A stretch of 64,000 nt of DNA. Source: Diplonema japonicum. Taxonomy: Eukaryota > Protista > Euglenozoa: Diplonemea. The notes below the pieces were generated by a model. It saw only the letters and a program-made list of their open reading frames with translations. It was not told where the DNA came from and made no database searches. A program made the position numbers and the translations under genes. Shown in pieces: positions 1-12,000 of the stretch. How positions within the stretch are numbered: the stretch's first letter is position 1; each line of letters opens with the position of its first letter. The DNA lies in assembly GCA_964019335.1 (NCBI GenBank), contig OZ025681.1:186001-250000 (forward strand), written 5' to 3'.

Positions 1-26
1 ATTTTCAAAAATGAAAAAGAATAAGG

Positions 27-63
<37 letters not shown>

Positions 64-1124
64 CCCTCCTTTCTTCTTCTTTTTCATTTCTACAAAAAAA
101 AAAAAAAAAAAAAAAAAAACAATATACCCACGTGCACAATAAATAAATAATAAAAAAAAGTAAACGACAGTTTAATCAATATAATAAAGACCAATTGCCT
201 TAAAACTAAAGGGTATAATTTGAGATCGCATTTTCTTTTTTTTTTTTGGATAAAACTGAAAGCTGCCCCCCATAAAAAAAAAGAAATTTCGTCAGTAAAA
301 AGATGGGGGGAGGGGGGAAACAAAATAAATAACCCCACAGCCCAGTGCCGGACGCCTCAAAAGAATTATTTTTTTCCTGGGGCTTAACATCAAAGAGCAT
401 TATGGAAACGGGAGGAGGGCGAGAAAAAGCTAGTGGCTATTTTATAGCAATCTTCTCTTTTTCAAAACATATCAACAAAAAAAGGGGGGGGGGGGAAATA
501 GACTTTCCGAGGGCTCCCACTTTCAAAGAGGGAGAAAATAAATTCACTATTATAGGTACGTAGTGGTTAGCAACGGCCCGCAAATAAAAGTTTTCCTCCT
601 TATATAGCCTATTTTAAGAACAAAAGAGAAAAAAAAAAGAAAACGAAAGAACATGTAAATTGTGAAATAAAAAGAAAAGGGGAATATTACCAAAAAAAGA
701 AAAAAAAATGGGGGAAGGGGAAAAAAAGGGAGGGGGGGGGGGGGGGGCATAGCTTTCTAAATCCCATTTTTGGTTGTTTGATTAAATCTTATAGTACCTT
801 GCAGAGAGAGAAAAAGGAAAAAAAAAAGAGGAGGGAGAGAGAGAGAATATGAGGGGGGGGAAGAAAAAATCCCCCCCCCCATTTGCGAAAAAAAAACTTT
901 TTTTTTCTCATGAAGATGTTGGGAGAAAAAAAAAAAAAAAAAGAAGAGAAAAAAAAAAAAAAGAATATTGTGACATTTCTTCACACATACTATTGACGCA
1001 AAACAAAAATATTAATATTTTCTTTTTTTCTTCTTTTATACCCCCCTCTTGTTAAATAAATAAAATAAGAAGGCTTTTTTTTTTTTTTTTTCTTTTTTTT
1101 TGCTTGAACAAGAAAAATATATTT

Positions 1125-1826
1125 TTAAATTCCGGCTCTTGACCTCAACACAGCCTCGCGCTTCAAGCGGGTAAAATGAATGTGGACGTAAGTACAAGCA
1201 GCACCCCTCGAGCAGGTTCTACCAATTTCTTTCCCGAACTCCCTGCAGCGCGTGATGTCTGTCGGTCTCACCCTCCACTGGGAAGAGCACTCACGACACC
1301 TCAAAATTGCGTACCCCCGTTTCACCCTAAGGTTTTCCCAAGTATTATGAGCACAAGGAGGAACAGGAATAGTTGATTCACTCGAGGAACACTCAGGGGT
1401 TGAAACGGGTGTCACAGACCTGGTGGAACAGGGCGACACAGAGTATGTCAAAGGGGCAGCGCTTGCTTCAATGGATTCTATTAAGAATCCGTTTTTCTGC
1501 AGGGTGACTGTCCATATTTGTTTAACCACGTGCTTCTGGGGGCAGGGCGCCACACCAATGTCGAAGATTATTTCCATTTTGCCCTCACCCACCTGCACTG
1601 CCCCGTCTAGGCCCCACATCACGGTGCAGTTCCACCCCCATGAGCTCATCACACTATTGTAGTAACGGCAAACTTGGTCATGGCCGCGGAGGGTGATGTC
1701 CTTGCCCTTGACAGTGTCCTTGACCACCACCGTCTGTGCCAGGTAAGTCTGTACCCATTCTGCCACTGTGCCTTCTTCCATGGCAGTCTGCCATGCGGTC
1801 CAGTAGTGGGCAACCTTGTCGAACAT
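1125..1826 (-). CDS. Zinc-finger protein: possible NTF2/SnoaL-like N-terminal region, Ser/Thr/Pro linker, C-x-H...LRCxxC zinc ribbon and CCCH finger
   Basis: 233-aa ORF in a balanced-composition island, ATG preceded by an A-run. Motifs CAHNTWENLRVKRGYAILRCREC and CREFGKEIGRTCSRGAACTYVH (C-x10-C-x5-C-x3-H). The N-terminal fold call is tentative. Confidence 0.8.
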   Translation of the reverse strand: MFDKVAHYWTAWQTAMEEGTVAEWVQTYLAQTVVVKDTVKGKDITLRGHDQVCRYYNSVMSSWGWNCTVMWGLDGAVQVGEGKMEIIFDIGVAPCPQKHVVKQIWTVTLQKNGFLIESIEASAAPLTYSVSPCSTRSVTPVSTPECSSSESTIPVPPCAHNTWENLRVKRGYAILRCRECSSQWRVRPTDITRCREFGKEIGRTCSRGAACTYVHIHFTRLKREAVLRSRAGI

Positions 1827-1828
1827 TC

Positions 1829-1860
<32 letters not shown>

Positions 1861-3904
1861 GTAAGAAGAAAAAAAAAAAAAAATTAAAATCTTTTTTTTT
1901 TTTAAAAAAAAAGATTTTGTGAAATAAAAAAAAAAATAAAAAAAAAATATAAAAATAAAAAAAAAAGAAATAAATAAAGGAGGGGGAGAGAGAGAGAGAG
2001 AGAGAGAGGTGTGTTTTTTTTTTTTTTTTGAGAAGGAAAAAATAAGAAATGAAGTTTCCTTACCCATGCGGAATATAGACAGTATCAAGAGAGGAAAAGA
2101 CAAAGGAGGGGGAAGAAAGAAAATATGAAAAGGAAAAAAAAGAGGGTGGAAGAAAGTCAGCCTGGTGAAAATAATCAAGAGGCAAGACCGCGCCTTCCTT
2201 TTTTTTATTTCTCATTTTCTTTTTCCCCCTCCTAAAGGTCCTCTTTCTTTTCTCTGTCCATTCACTAGAGCCACGAGGGGAGGGGGGTGTTATAAAAAAA
2301 ACAGAAAAAAAAAGAATAGAGGGAGGGAGAAAGAGAGGTAAGGTGAAAGGGTGGCAAATTCTTAGTTCTTTCTTTTCTTTTTGTGTAATTTCTTCAAGAA
2401 AGGATAAGAAATCAGTAGAATTAAAAAAAAAAAAAAACACATTTTATTTCTTCGCAAAAAAAAAAAATAATTTTTTACTCTCAAAAAATAGGAAAAAAAA
2501 GGGAGGAAAAACAAGGGTTAGGGTGGGCACCCTGGTTGTTACTAGTTCTTGTGTCCTTTTCTTTTTTAAAAGGACTCAAAAAAAAAAAAGAAAAAAAAAG
2601 AGAATAAAAAAGACTACCCCTGCCCAGTGTCACAGGCAACACCAGCCGGATCCAACTCCGACTTTCGCTACGAAAGAAAAAAACGAAAGAAATATGGGTG
2701 CGTGATTTGGTAAGGTTCCCCACAGGAAACTTTTTCTGATGCAAAGTTCCGTGCAAATTTCATTCGTGTTTGACTTTTGGCGGCAATCTGTGTTGAAAAG
2801 GGTTTTTCTTTTTTTTTTTTTCCCTCTTCTTTTCAAATAATTTTGTTACAATGCGTTACTACATTTCAAAAAAAAAAAAAAAAAAATAGCTTTTTTCTTT
2901 TAAAATTTAAAAAAAAAAAAAAGAATCCCTGACTTAAATCTCAATTAGGGGGAGGGGCGTAAAAGGGTGAGTTCTATTTTAAATTCCTCAAGTTCTTTTT
3001 ACTTCAGTAAGCCCCATTTTCTTTTGGGGTTGGGAGGGAGTGGGTCGGGGGAAAAAAAAAAAAAAGAAAGGGGGGAAAAGATAAATAAGGAAGGAAAAAA
3101 TGCAAAAGGTAAAGAACCTTGCTGATAAGTTTGCTATCATTCTTCTAACACCACATTGCATTTTGGATAAAAATGAAATCTGAAAGAGTCCTTCTTCGCC
3201 CACGGACTGCGTCCTCGAAGCCCACTCAATCACAGAATAAAGCCGGGGAGGGGGGTGTTTCTGGAGTGAATAAAAAAAAATAAAGAGGTAAAAGGAAATT
3301 CCTGATCTGGAATCCTATCTCCCTTCAGCGTCTGAGCTGAGCCCGCTCCCTCATGGCGCTACCCGCTCCTTCTGCCACTGCTGTCTCGGTTTCTCAGTTT
3401 CTGGAGGTCCTTTTTCGTCTGTTCCGAGACGTACTGCGGATCTTCTGTCCCAGCCTATATGGTCCTCAGGCCGTGTTTCCGCCGGTATTGTGTCCCCTGA
3501 CCTTCTTCCTTATCCGCGCGTCCTGCCAGCCCTCACCAGCAGGCCATGCAGCCGTCAAGCGTGCTGTTCTCAAAGTAAAAAAGTAAAAAAAAAAAAAAGA
3601 ATATGGAATGTTCGAGACGTGAATTAGTCACTAGTGAGTAAAGAAATGACCGAATATCACCAAAAAAAAAAAAAAAAAAAAACACCAAGAAAACGTCAAG
3701 AAAAAAAAAAAAGAAAAGGTCCTAGAAACGGGAACAGAAAGCACATTTGCTGCATTTCCTCCCCCCATTCCTTTTTTTTTCCTTTTTTTTTTTCCTTCTT
3801 TAATCTTGGGAGAGGGGGGAGTGGGGGAGAGATATAGGTCGTTGGGATATAAAAAATAAAAAATAAAAAATAAAAATAGATCCAAAACATGATGTGTCAA
3901 CGGG

Positions 3905-3942
<38 letters not shown>

Positions 3943-4398
3943 AATCGATCTTGTAACTTCAAGGTGACACAGGTCAAAGCGCTCAGTACGACCACAGCCG
4001 GGCTCCAAGCGTACTTGGAGTGAGTTTCTGACCTGTGTGTCAAGACACGATCCGTGTTACCCCAGTTTTGAGTGGTCTGTCTGTGTCTGGGTGATAGTTG
4101 CCCTGCCTCAAGGTTTGCCTCAATTCTTGTCGAGCATCACCCTTACACAGACTTCCCTGAAATGACTCGCTTAAGGGGGAGGTGTTGTTACACACCTAGA
4201 CCCGGCCAAAGGTCTTGCTGCCCCCGTTAAAAAAAGAAAAAAACGCGGAAAGTAATTCCAGTTGAAAAAACTACATTTTTTTTTTTTTTTCTCGAACAAA
4301 CAAGGGGGGATGGGTTGAAGGAGGTCTTTGAAAGACACGCCCCCTCCCCATCTCCCTTCCGTTCTCATCAAATTAAAAAAAAAAAAAAAAAAAAAAAA

Positions 4399-4470
4399 AG
4401 AGTCAGTTGATTGTTGTTTGTGCACAGCCGGGATTAACCTGTAGAAGGATAAGCCCAACAATGCTACCAT
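4399..4470. repeat. Short interspersed repeat family A (other copies ~17850-17900, 21361-21460; diverged ~56790-56970)
   Basis: gagtcrgttgattgttgtttgtgcacagccgggrttaacctgtagaaggataagcccaacaatgctacca recurs, flanked by A/T tracts. Confidence 0.75.
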
Positions 4471-4534
4471 CTTTTTTTTTTTTTTTTTTTAGCACTAACA
4501 ATTCATTATCAATATATTGTTATTTCTTGTTCAT

Positions 4535-4568
<34 letters not shown>

Positions 4569-5102
4569 AAAAAAGTAAAAAAAAGAAGATCTCATGAAGA
4601 TTTAAAGTTACACCTCTCGCAGCCAATCTGTCACAAGAGAGGGGGGGAAAGAAAAATGCAGTTTGCATCATGTGCTTTTTTTTTTTCTTTGGGTAGGGAT
4701 TAAGGTACCCCTAAAATCGCGCTGTAGCCGTCTCAAGGGGGGCATTTTTTTTTTTTTTTTTTTTAAATATTTGCCCCAGTTTCTTTTCTTTCCATTCTTA
4801 AATTTTAGGTAAAAAAGAAAATAGTAATAGAGGGGTGTTGTTATATTTAACAAGTACATTACCTTTTTCCCTTTTCTGTTTGAAAAAAAAGGGGGGGGGG
4901 GTGAGTGGGAGGGTCGGGGCGTTAAAGGGGGTATTTTTGCCAACAATTCCCCCACCCCGTGCCCACAAGGCAAATGTAGTGAATAAAATATAGAAAAAAA
5001 AAGAAAAGAATTGAACAAGATTAAGATAAGGTCTCTTACCTGCCTGATTTGCGCAAGGATGTCGCACCAAAGACCTTTAATATGTAGGAAATAAAAAAGA
5101 AA

Positions 5103-5217
5103 TACTGTAAAGTAAAAAGAATTCCGTGCAGCAAAAAGTCTGGCCACCCCACAAAAAACGGGGGTCCTGCTTAAGAAGAACCCGGTTTATTTTGACGGTT
5201 TTTTCACTTTTACAGTA
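5103..5217. mobile_element. Putative MITE with TACTGTAAA...TTTACAGTA termini (pogo/Tc1-mariner-like)
   Basis: Left tactgtaaagtaaaaa versus right ttttcacttttacagta; same terminal motif as the pogo-type element at 37462-39100. Confidence 0.5.
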
Positions 5218-6090
5218 TTTAGCTTTTCGCGCGTTCACAGATATGGTCAATTATACAGTTCGGGGTTTCGAAAACCTTTTTAAAAAAAAAGCCTGAAAAC
5301 GGGGTACAAACCTTCCATATTTCTAATTCACCTTATTATTTCTTTGAACAGGGGAATAAGGTAAACACGATATTTTTTTTGACAAAAATGAATAGTATGA
5401 TTGACCATATACAGTAGTTGGGAATAATAATATAATAATAATAAAGCAGAAAAAGAAATTGTAAGTTTCGAGATGTCGTTTTGACCTTTATTTTCTCGCT
5501 CGAGCAAAGAAATTCGATGGGCAGTAGAAATGGAAAATCGGACTTTGCTCGGCACAAAGATCGACAAATTCTTAGTAAATCAATTTTTGCTCATTTTTTT
5601 CTTTTTGAAATCCGGATGGCAGGCGGTTAGTTTTGTCACCTTCCGGAATTATTGCTATTTTTGCTTTTTTGTTTTTTTTTGTTTTTGTTGCTTTTTTTTT
5701 CTCTTTTTCAAATATAAAAAAAAAGAAATGAAAAAAAAAAAAAAAAAAACCATCACCAAAAAAATGATAGGATCAGAAGTACAATCAACACTTCCTTCTC
5801 ACCAGTGTATACGAGAGAAAAAAAAAATACAAAAATCAAATTTGAAAATGACTTTAGTAAATCAGAGCATAGAAGAAAAGAGGAAAAAAAAAAAAAAAAG
5901 AAGAAAAAAAAAAAAGAAAAGCAAAGAAAAATAATCGGCTGGTTGATTGATGCCGCTTCTTTTCTTTTGTTTTTTTTTTTCTCTCTTTTTTTTTTTTTTT
6001 TTTTTTTTTGCAATAAACAAATTGTATTCAATATAATATAGCTTTGTTCCAGCGGAAAAAAGAAAAAAAAAGAAAAAAAAAAATCTTTTC

Positions 6091-9000
6091 CTAATACGGC
6101 TGTGTCTCGACGCCCTTGACCCCCTCGAGGGTATCATCACCTCTTTCAGCATCTTCATCTTTGGCCACTGTGGCACCAACAACGAGACTCAGAACAACGA
6201 AAAGCAAGAAACAAAACGCCAGCCCCACGATGACAGCAATGGTGAGATTGTCCTTCCAGGTAGCAGAATACAAGTCCCCAATGTTAACGATCCCTGTGGC
6301 CATCTGAGAAACGGCAAAGGCGAAAACAGTGATCCCCATAAGGGAGTGGAGAACCTTGAAGATTAAACGGTGCTTGCCTTGCGGCTTCGAGACAAGCACT
6401 CCTATGACACCGATAACCACCTGGCACCATCCAACCACCAACAGCACAATACCGATTTCCTTATGTCTGTGGGAGGTCTCGTTTTCGAACTCGTAAAGTG
6501 CGACACTGAAGAATACTGTTGTGGCCACCATACTCCCCAACATCAGCACCGCATGCACTATGAAGGCAATGGGGACGCTCTTGATGGAACCGAGGTGCTT
6601 ACCTCCGAACCGTTTAACTGCAACTGCCATTGGGACGACATATGCCCACACGGTCACCATCGCTGTACCGTGTGCTTTTACTTTTTTCGAGTTGTCCTTT
6701 ACTAGTGTGGTGACAGCTCCGCCTGTTGTTGTTGTGATGGATGCTCCGAACCGAACCTCGTGCTGCGCTGCTGGGAAAGACGCTGTTTTGTGGTACGCCA
6801 CCACCATGTTCAGTGAGGGCTTCTTCCCGGTTGTGAATGTTACCTCGCTGTTCCCGTTTGTTTGTTGCACCGCTACTTCCCGTACTGCTCCGGTGGTGGT
6901 GTCTGTGAAGTCCCCCAGCTGGGCTGTCTCTACTACCTCAGATGTCGACTTTCCGTTGAGGTCGTAGAATTTTCCGTTTGTCGCTACCACCTTCGACCCC
7001 ACCATTCGGTTCTTTTCTTTCGGGAACCCTATCGCACCGTAGCCGGGAACACCGATGAACACTACAAGTACACGGAGCTCACCGTTTGGCATCTCCACCC
7101 AGTTGAACTCTGTTGTTGTGTCAAGCTTCACCATGCATGTGTAGCCGGTACGTGTTGATGGGGTGGGGCATGATGCTGGTGGTGATTGTGTTTCCGGTGC
7201 TTCAGTTGTCGTGTTCACAGGCAATGGTACCTCAGTCTCTACAACCGTTCCTTTGTGCAGTGTCATGAAGGTTGGTGTCCTTCTGCTTGGGCCGTGGTAT
7301 GTGATCTTATCATCTCCGTCTGCACCGTAAGCCAGCACGATGGGCATGGTTTCTGTCAGCAGGAATGCCCTGTCCTCCTTCTCGTTTGATGAAGTGATGC
7401 TTCGTACGATATTCCCGGTTGTTACTCCGTTCGATCGCTTGAAGCCCGAGATACGCCAATCAGCCTTACTCTCGTCCAATGCAGGTAGTGCTTTCATGCT
7501 GGCGTACCTGTCAGACACTACTGGGATGCCGTCTGCCCATTCCACCACTACCATGTCCGAGCCTATCATCCCATGATTTGTCTTGTCAGAGATTCCGAAA
7601 CCGATCCAACCTGTGGTCTTGACGGTCACAGACAGCTCCACAACATCTCTTACCACATTCGAGCAGATCTTGTAGTCGTCTGTAGCTTGTAGCGACCATG
7701 ATTTGCAGTTGTTTGCAGCACACATCAGTGAAGTGTTCCCGAACAGCTGCTCGTCAACGGGGTCCACAATATCGAAGAGGTCATGGGGGGGCTTGTCTTT
7801 TGGTGTCAAGTAGCCGCTGTTGTCAGGAGCCTTGCAGATCTCCGTTTTCTGATTGAGGTACCCACAGTACCTGAGACCCTTCTTGGGATACACATGAATG
7901 AAAGCCATGCACATTTCTGAATCAGTTCCATCACCGAAGCCAATGTCCACGTTACCATCGTTCACCATCTTGCAGTAGGAGTGGATCTCGTCACCAGCCA
8001 TGATCTGTGCCTTCACAGGATGGTTCAGCTGCAGGTTGAAGTCCCAGTACTCAATGTCCTCCAACACATGGACCTCCTTCCCATCCCTCCATACACTTGT
8101 GCGCTGTTCTCTTCCAAACAAGTGCATGTGGCCAGTGATGGAGAACACATTCAGGGGTTCAGAAATAGTGTTGTTCGTGCATTCCGCCGAGCACATCGTT
8201 TGGTATTCCTTCGTTGTTCCCGGCTTGATGATGTCCTTGATCTGAGCAAGAGTGTCCCCAACGTTCAAGATCTGAACATCATGCTTACGAAGTGTCTTCG
8301 TTAGCTCAAGAACGAAGCCAGATGCATCAACACCAGCATCAGCCATCTCTGAAGGGACATCGTAGTGGGAGTTCATAACTATGTACCTCCACCCCCTGCT
8401 GGGGTCGATTGACACCCTCAGACCCGCCTCACGTGGCATCACAACCTTGTTGGTCCCGACAGCCCACATCGCCCCAATCTCAAAACCAGCAGCATGGACC
8501 TGTGCCGAACAGGTGTTCACGGATTCATTGTTCCGGAAATAAAAGGGATGATTCTCCGTTGTCTCGTAAAGGAGGGAGTGGTGGAACTGGTAGTTCGGGT
8601 TGCCCACAGAGGTGTCTTCAATGTCGTACGACACAACGTGGTAGTCGCGGTCCGCAAGGTCGGGGAGGTAGTCCAGCATGTCGAAAGCATAGCAGGTGTA
8701 GATGGTCCTCTTCCCACCAACGGTGTAGTTCTTGTTCAACAGCTTGACAGTGACAAGATCAGTCTCAGGTGTGGTGAGCTCCTCCTCCCCACCCTTCATG
8801 AAGGTCATCGTTGCAACGCTCCTCCCTGCCCCGTGGTAGGCAAGAGTGTCCTGCCCAGGTTCCCCGTACGCAATCACAATCCGCATGGACCCCTTCACAA
8901 AGGGTCTGTCCTCGTTCGTGTCCTCAACTGTGATGGAGCGTCTCAGGGTCCCTGTGGTCACCCCGCCAGCTCTCTTGAAGCCCGAGATCGTCCAGTCTTC

Positions 9001-12000
9001 CCCACAGCTGTCCACATGAGGGGTCGCCTTCGCAGTTGCAAACCTGTCGCTCACCTTGGGTTCCCCGTTTGCCCACTCGATGATCGCCATGTCCGACCCG
9101 TGCATGGATCCACCGGTCTGCTCAGCAATCCCGAAACCGATCCATCCGGTGGTCTTCACAGTAAGGTCCATCACCACCTCGTCCCCTTCGATCTTGGAGC
9201 AGAGCATGTAGTCATCCTTCGCCTTGACGGTCCAGGTCTTGCAATTCTCAGGACACGGTGCAGAAGTGTTCCCGAACAGCTGCTCGTCAACAGGGTCCAC
9301 AATATCGAAGAGGTCATGGGGGGGCTTGTCTTTTGGTGTCAAGTAGCCGCTGTTGTCAGGAGCCTTGCAGATCTCCGTTTTCTGATTGAGGTACCCACAG
9401 TACCTGAGACCCTTCTTGGGATACACATGAATGAAAGCCATGCACATTTCTGAATCAGTTCCATCACCGAAGCCAATGTCCACGTTACCATCGTTCACCA
9501 TCTTGCAGTAGGAGTGGATCTCGTCACCAGCCATGATCTGTGCCTTCACAGGATGGTTCAGCTGCAGGTTGAAGTCCCAGTACTCAATGTCCTCCAACAC
9601 ATGGACCTCCTTCCCATCCCTCCATACACTTGTGCGCTGTTCTCTTCCAAACAAGTGCATGTGGCCAGTGATGGAGAACACATTCAGGGGTTCAGAAATA
9701 GTGTTGTTCGTGCATTCCGCCGAGCACATCGTTTGGTATTCCTTCGTTGTTCCCGGCTTGATGATGTCCTTGATCTGAGCAAGAGTGTCCCCAACGTTCA
9801 AGATCTGAACATCATGCTTACGAAGTGTCTTCGTTAGCTCAAGAACGAAGCCAGATGCATCAACACCAGCATCAGCCATCTCTGAAGGGACATCGTAGTG
9901 GGAGTTCATAACTATGTACCTCCACCCCCTGCTGGGGTCGATTGACACCCTCAGACCCGCCTCACGTGGCATCACAACCTTGTTGGTCCCGACAGCCCAC
10001 ATCGCCCCAATCTCAAAACCAGCAGCATGGACCTGTGCCGAACAGGTGTTCACGGATTCATTGTTCCGGAAATAAAAGGGATGATTCTCCGTTGTCTCGT
10101 AAAGGAGGGAGTGGTGGAACTGGTAGTTCGGGTTGCCCACAGAGGTGTCTTCAATGTCGTACGACACAACGTGGTAGTCGCGGTCCGCAAGGTCGGGGAG
10201 GTAGTCCAGCATGTCGAAAGCATAGCAGGTGTAGATGGTCCTCTTCCCACCAACGGTGTAGTTCTTGTTCAACAGCTTGACAGTGACAAGATCAGTCTCA
10301 GGTGTGGTGAGCTCCTCCTCCCCACCCTTCATGAAGGTCATCGTTGCAACGCTCCTCCCTGCCCCGTGGTAGGCAAGAGTGTCCTGCCCAGGTTCCCCGT
10401 ACGCAATCACAATCCGCATGGACCCCTTCACAAAGGGTCTGTCCTCGTTCGTGTCCTCAACTGTGATGGAGCGTCTCAGGGTCCCTGTGGTCACCCCGCC
10501 AGCTCTCTTGAAGCCCGAGATCGTCCAGTCTTCCCCACAGCTGTCCACATGAGGGGTCGCCTTCGCAGTTGCAAACCTGTCGCTCACCTTGGGTTCCCCG
10601 TTTGCCCACTCGATGATCGCCATGTCCGACCCGTGCATGGATCCACCGGTCTGCTCAGCAATCCCGAAACCGATCCATCCGGTGGTCTTCACAGTAAGGT
10701 CCATCACCACCTCGTCCCCTTCGATCTTGGAGCAGAGCATGTAGTCATCCTTCGCCTTGACGGTCCAGGTCTTGCAATTCTCAGGACACGGTGCAGAAGT
10801 GTTCCCGAACAGCTGCTCGTCAACAGGGTCCACAATATCGAAGAGGTCATGGGGGGGCTTGTCTTTTGGTGTCAAGTAGCCGCTGTTGTCAGGAGCCTTG
10901 CAGATCTCCGTTTTCTGATTGAGGTACCCACAGTACCTGAGACCCTTCTTGGGATACACATGAATGAAAGCCATGCACATTTCTGAATCAGTTCCATCAC
11001 CGAAGCCAATGTCCACGTTACCATCGTTCACCATCTTGCAGTAGGAGTGGATCTCGTCACCAGCCATGATCTGTGCCTTCACAGGATGGTTCAGCTGCAG
11101 GTTGAAGTCCCAGTACTCAATGTCCTCCAACACATGGACCTCCTTCCCATCCCTCCATACACTTGTGCGCTGTTCTCTTCCAAACAAGTGCATGTGGCCA
11201 GTGATGGAGAACACATTCAGGGGTTCAGAAATAGTGTTGTTCGTGCATTCCGCCGAGCACATCGTTTGGTATTCCTTCGTTGTTCCCGGCTTGATGATGT
11301 CCTTGATCTGAGCAAGAGTGTCCCCAACGTTCAAGATCTGAACATCATGCTTACGAAGTGTCTTCGTTAGCTCAAGAACGAAGCCAGATGCATCAACACC
11401 AGCATCAGCCATCTCTGAAGGGACATCGTAGTGGGAGTTCATAACTATGTACCTCCACCCCCTGCTGGGGTCGATTGACACCCTCAGACCCGCCTCACGT
11501 GGCATCACAACCTTGTTGGTCCCGACAGCCCACATCGCCCCAATCTCAAAACCAGCAGCATGGACCTGTGCCGAACAGGTGTTCACGGATTCATTGTTCC
11601 GGAAATAAAAGGGATGATTCTCCGTTGTCTCGTAAAGGAGGGAGTGGTGGAACTGGTAGTTCGGGTTGCCCACAGAGGTGTCTTCAATGTCGTACGACAC
11701 AACGTGGTAGTCGCGGTCCGCAAGGTCGGGGAGGTAGTCCAGCATGTCGAAAGCATAGCAGGTGTAGATGGTCCTCTTCCCACCAACGGTGTAGTTCTTG
11801 TTCAACAGCTTGACAGTGACAAGATCAGTCTCAGGTGTGGTGAGCTCCTCCTCCCCACCCTTCATGAAGGTCATCGTTGCAACGCTCCTCCCTGCCCCGT
11901 GGTAGGCAAGAGTGTCCTGCCCAGGTTCCCCGTACGCAATCACAATCCGCATGGACCCCTTCACAAAGGGTCTGTCCTCGTTCGTGTCCTCAACTGTGAT

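Noticed and set aside
1-6090. Many 60-160 aa Phe-rich or Lys-rich ORFs here and in all spacers
   Set aside because: They are translations of poly-T/poly-A tracts with no domain features.
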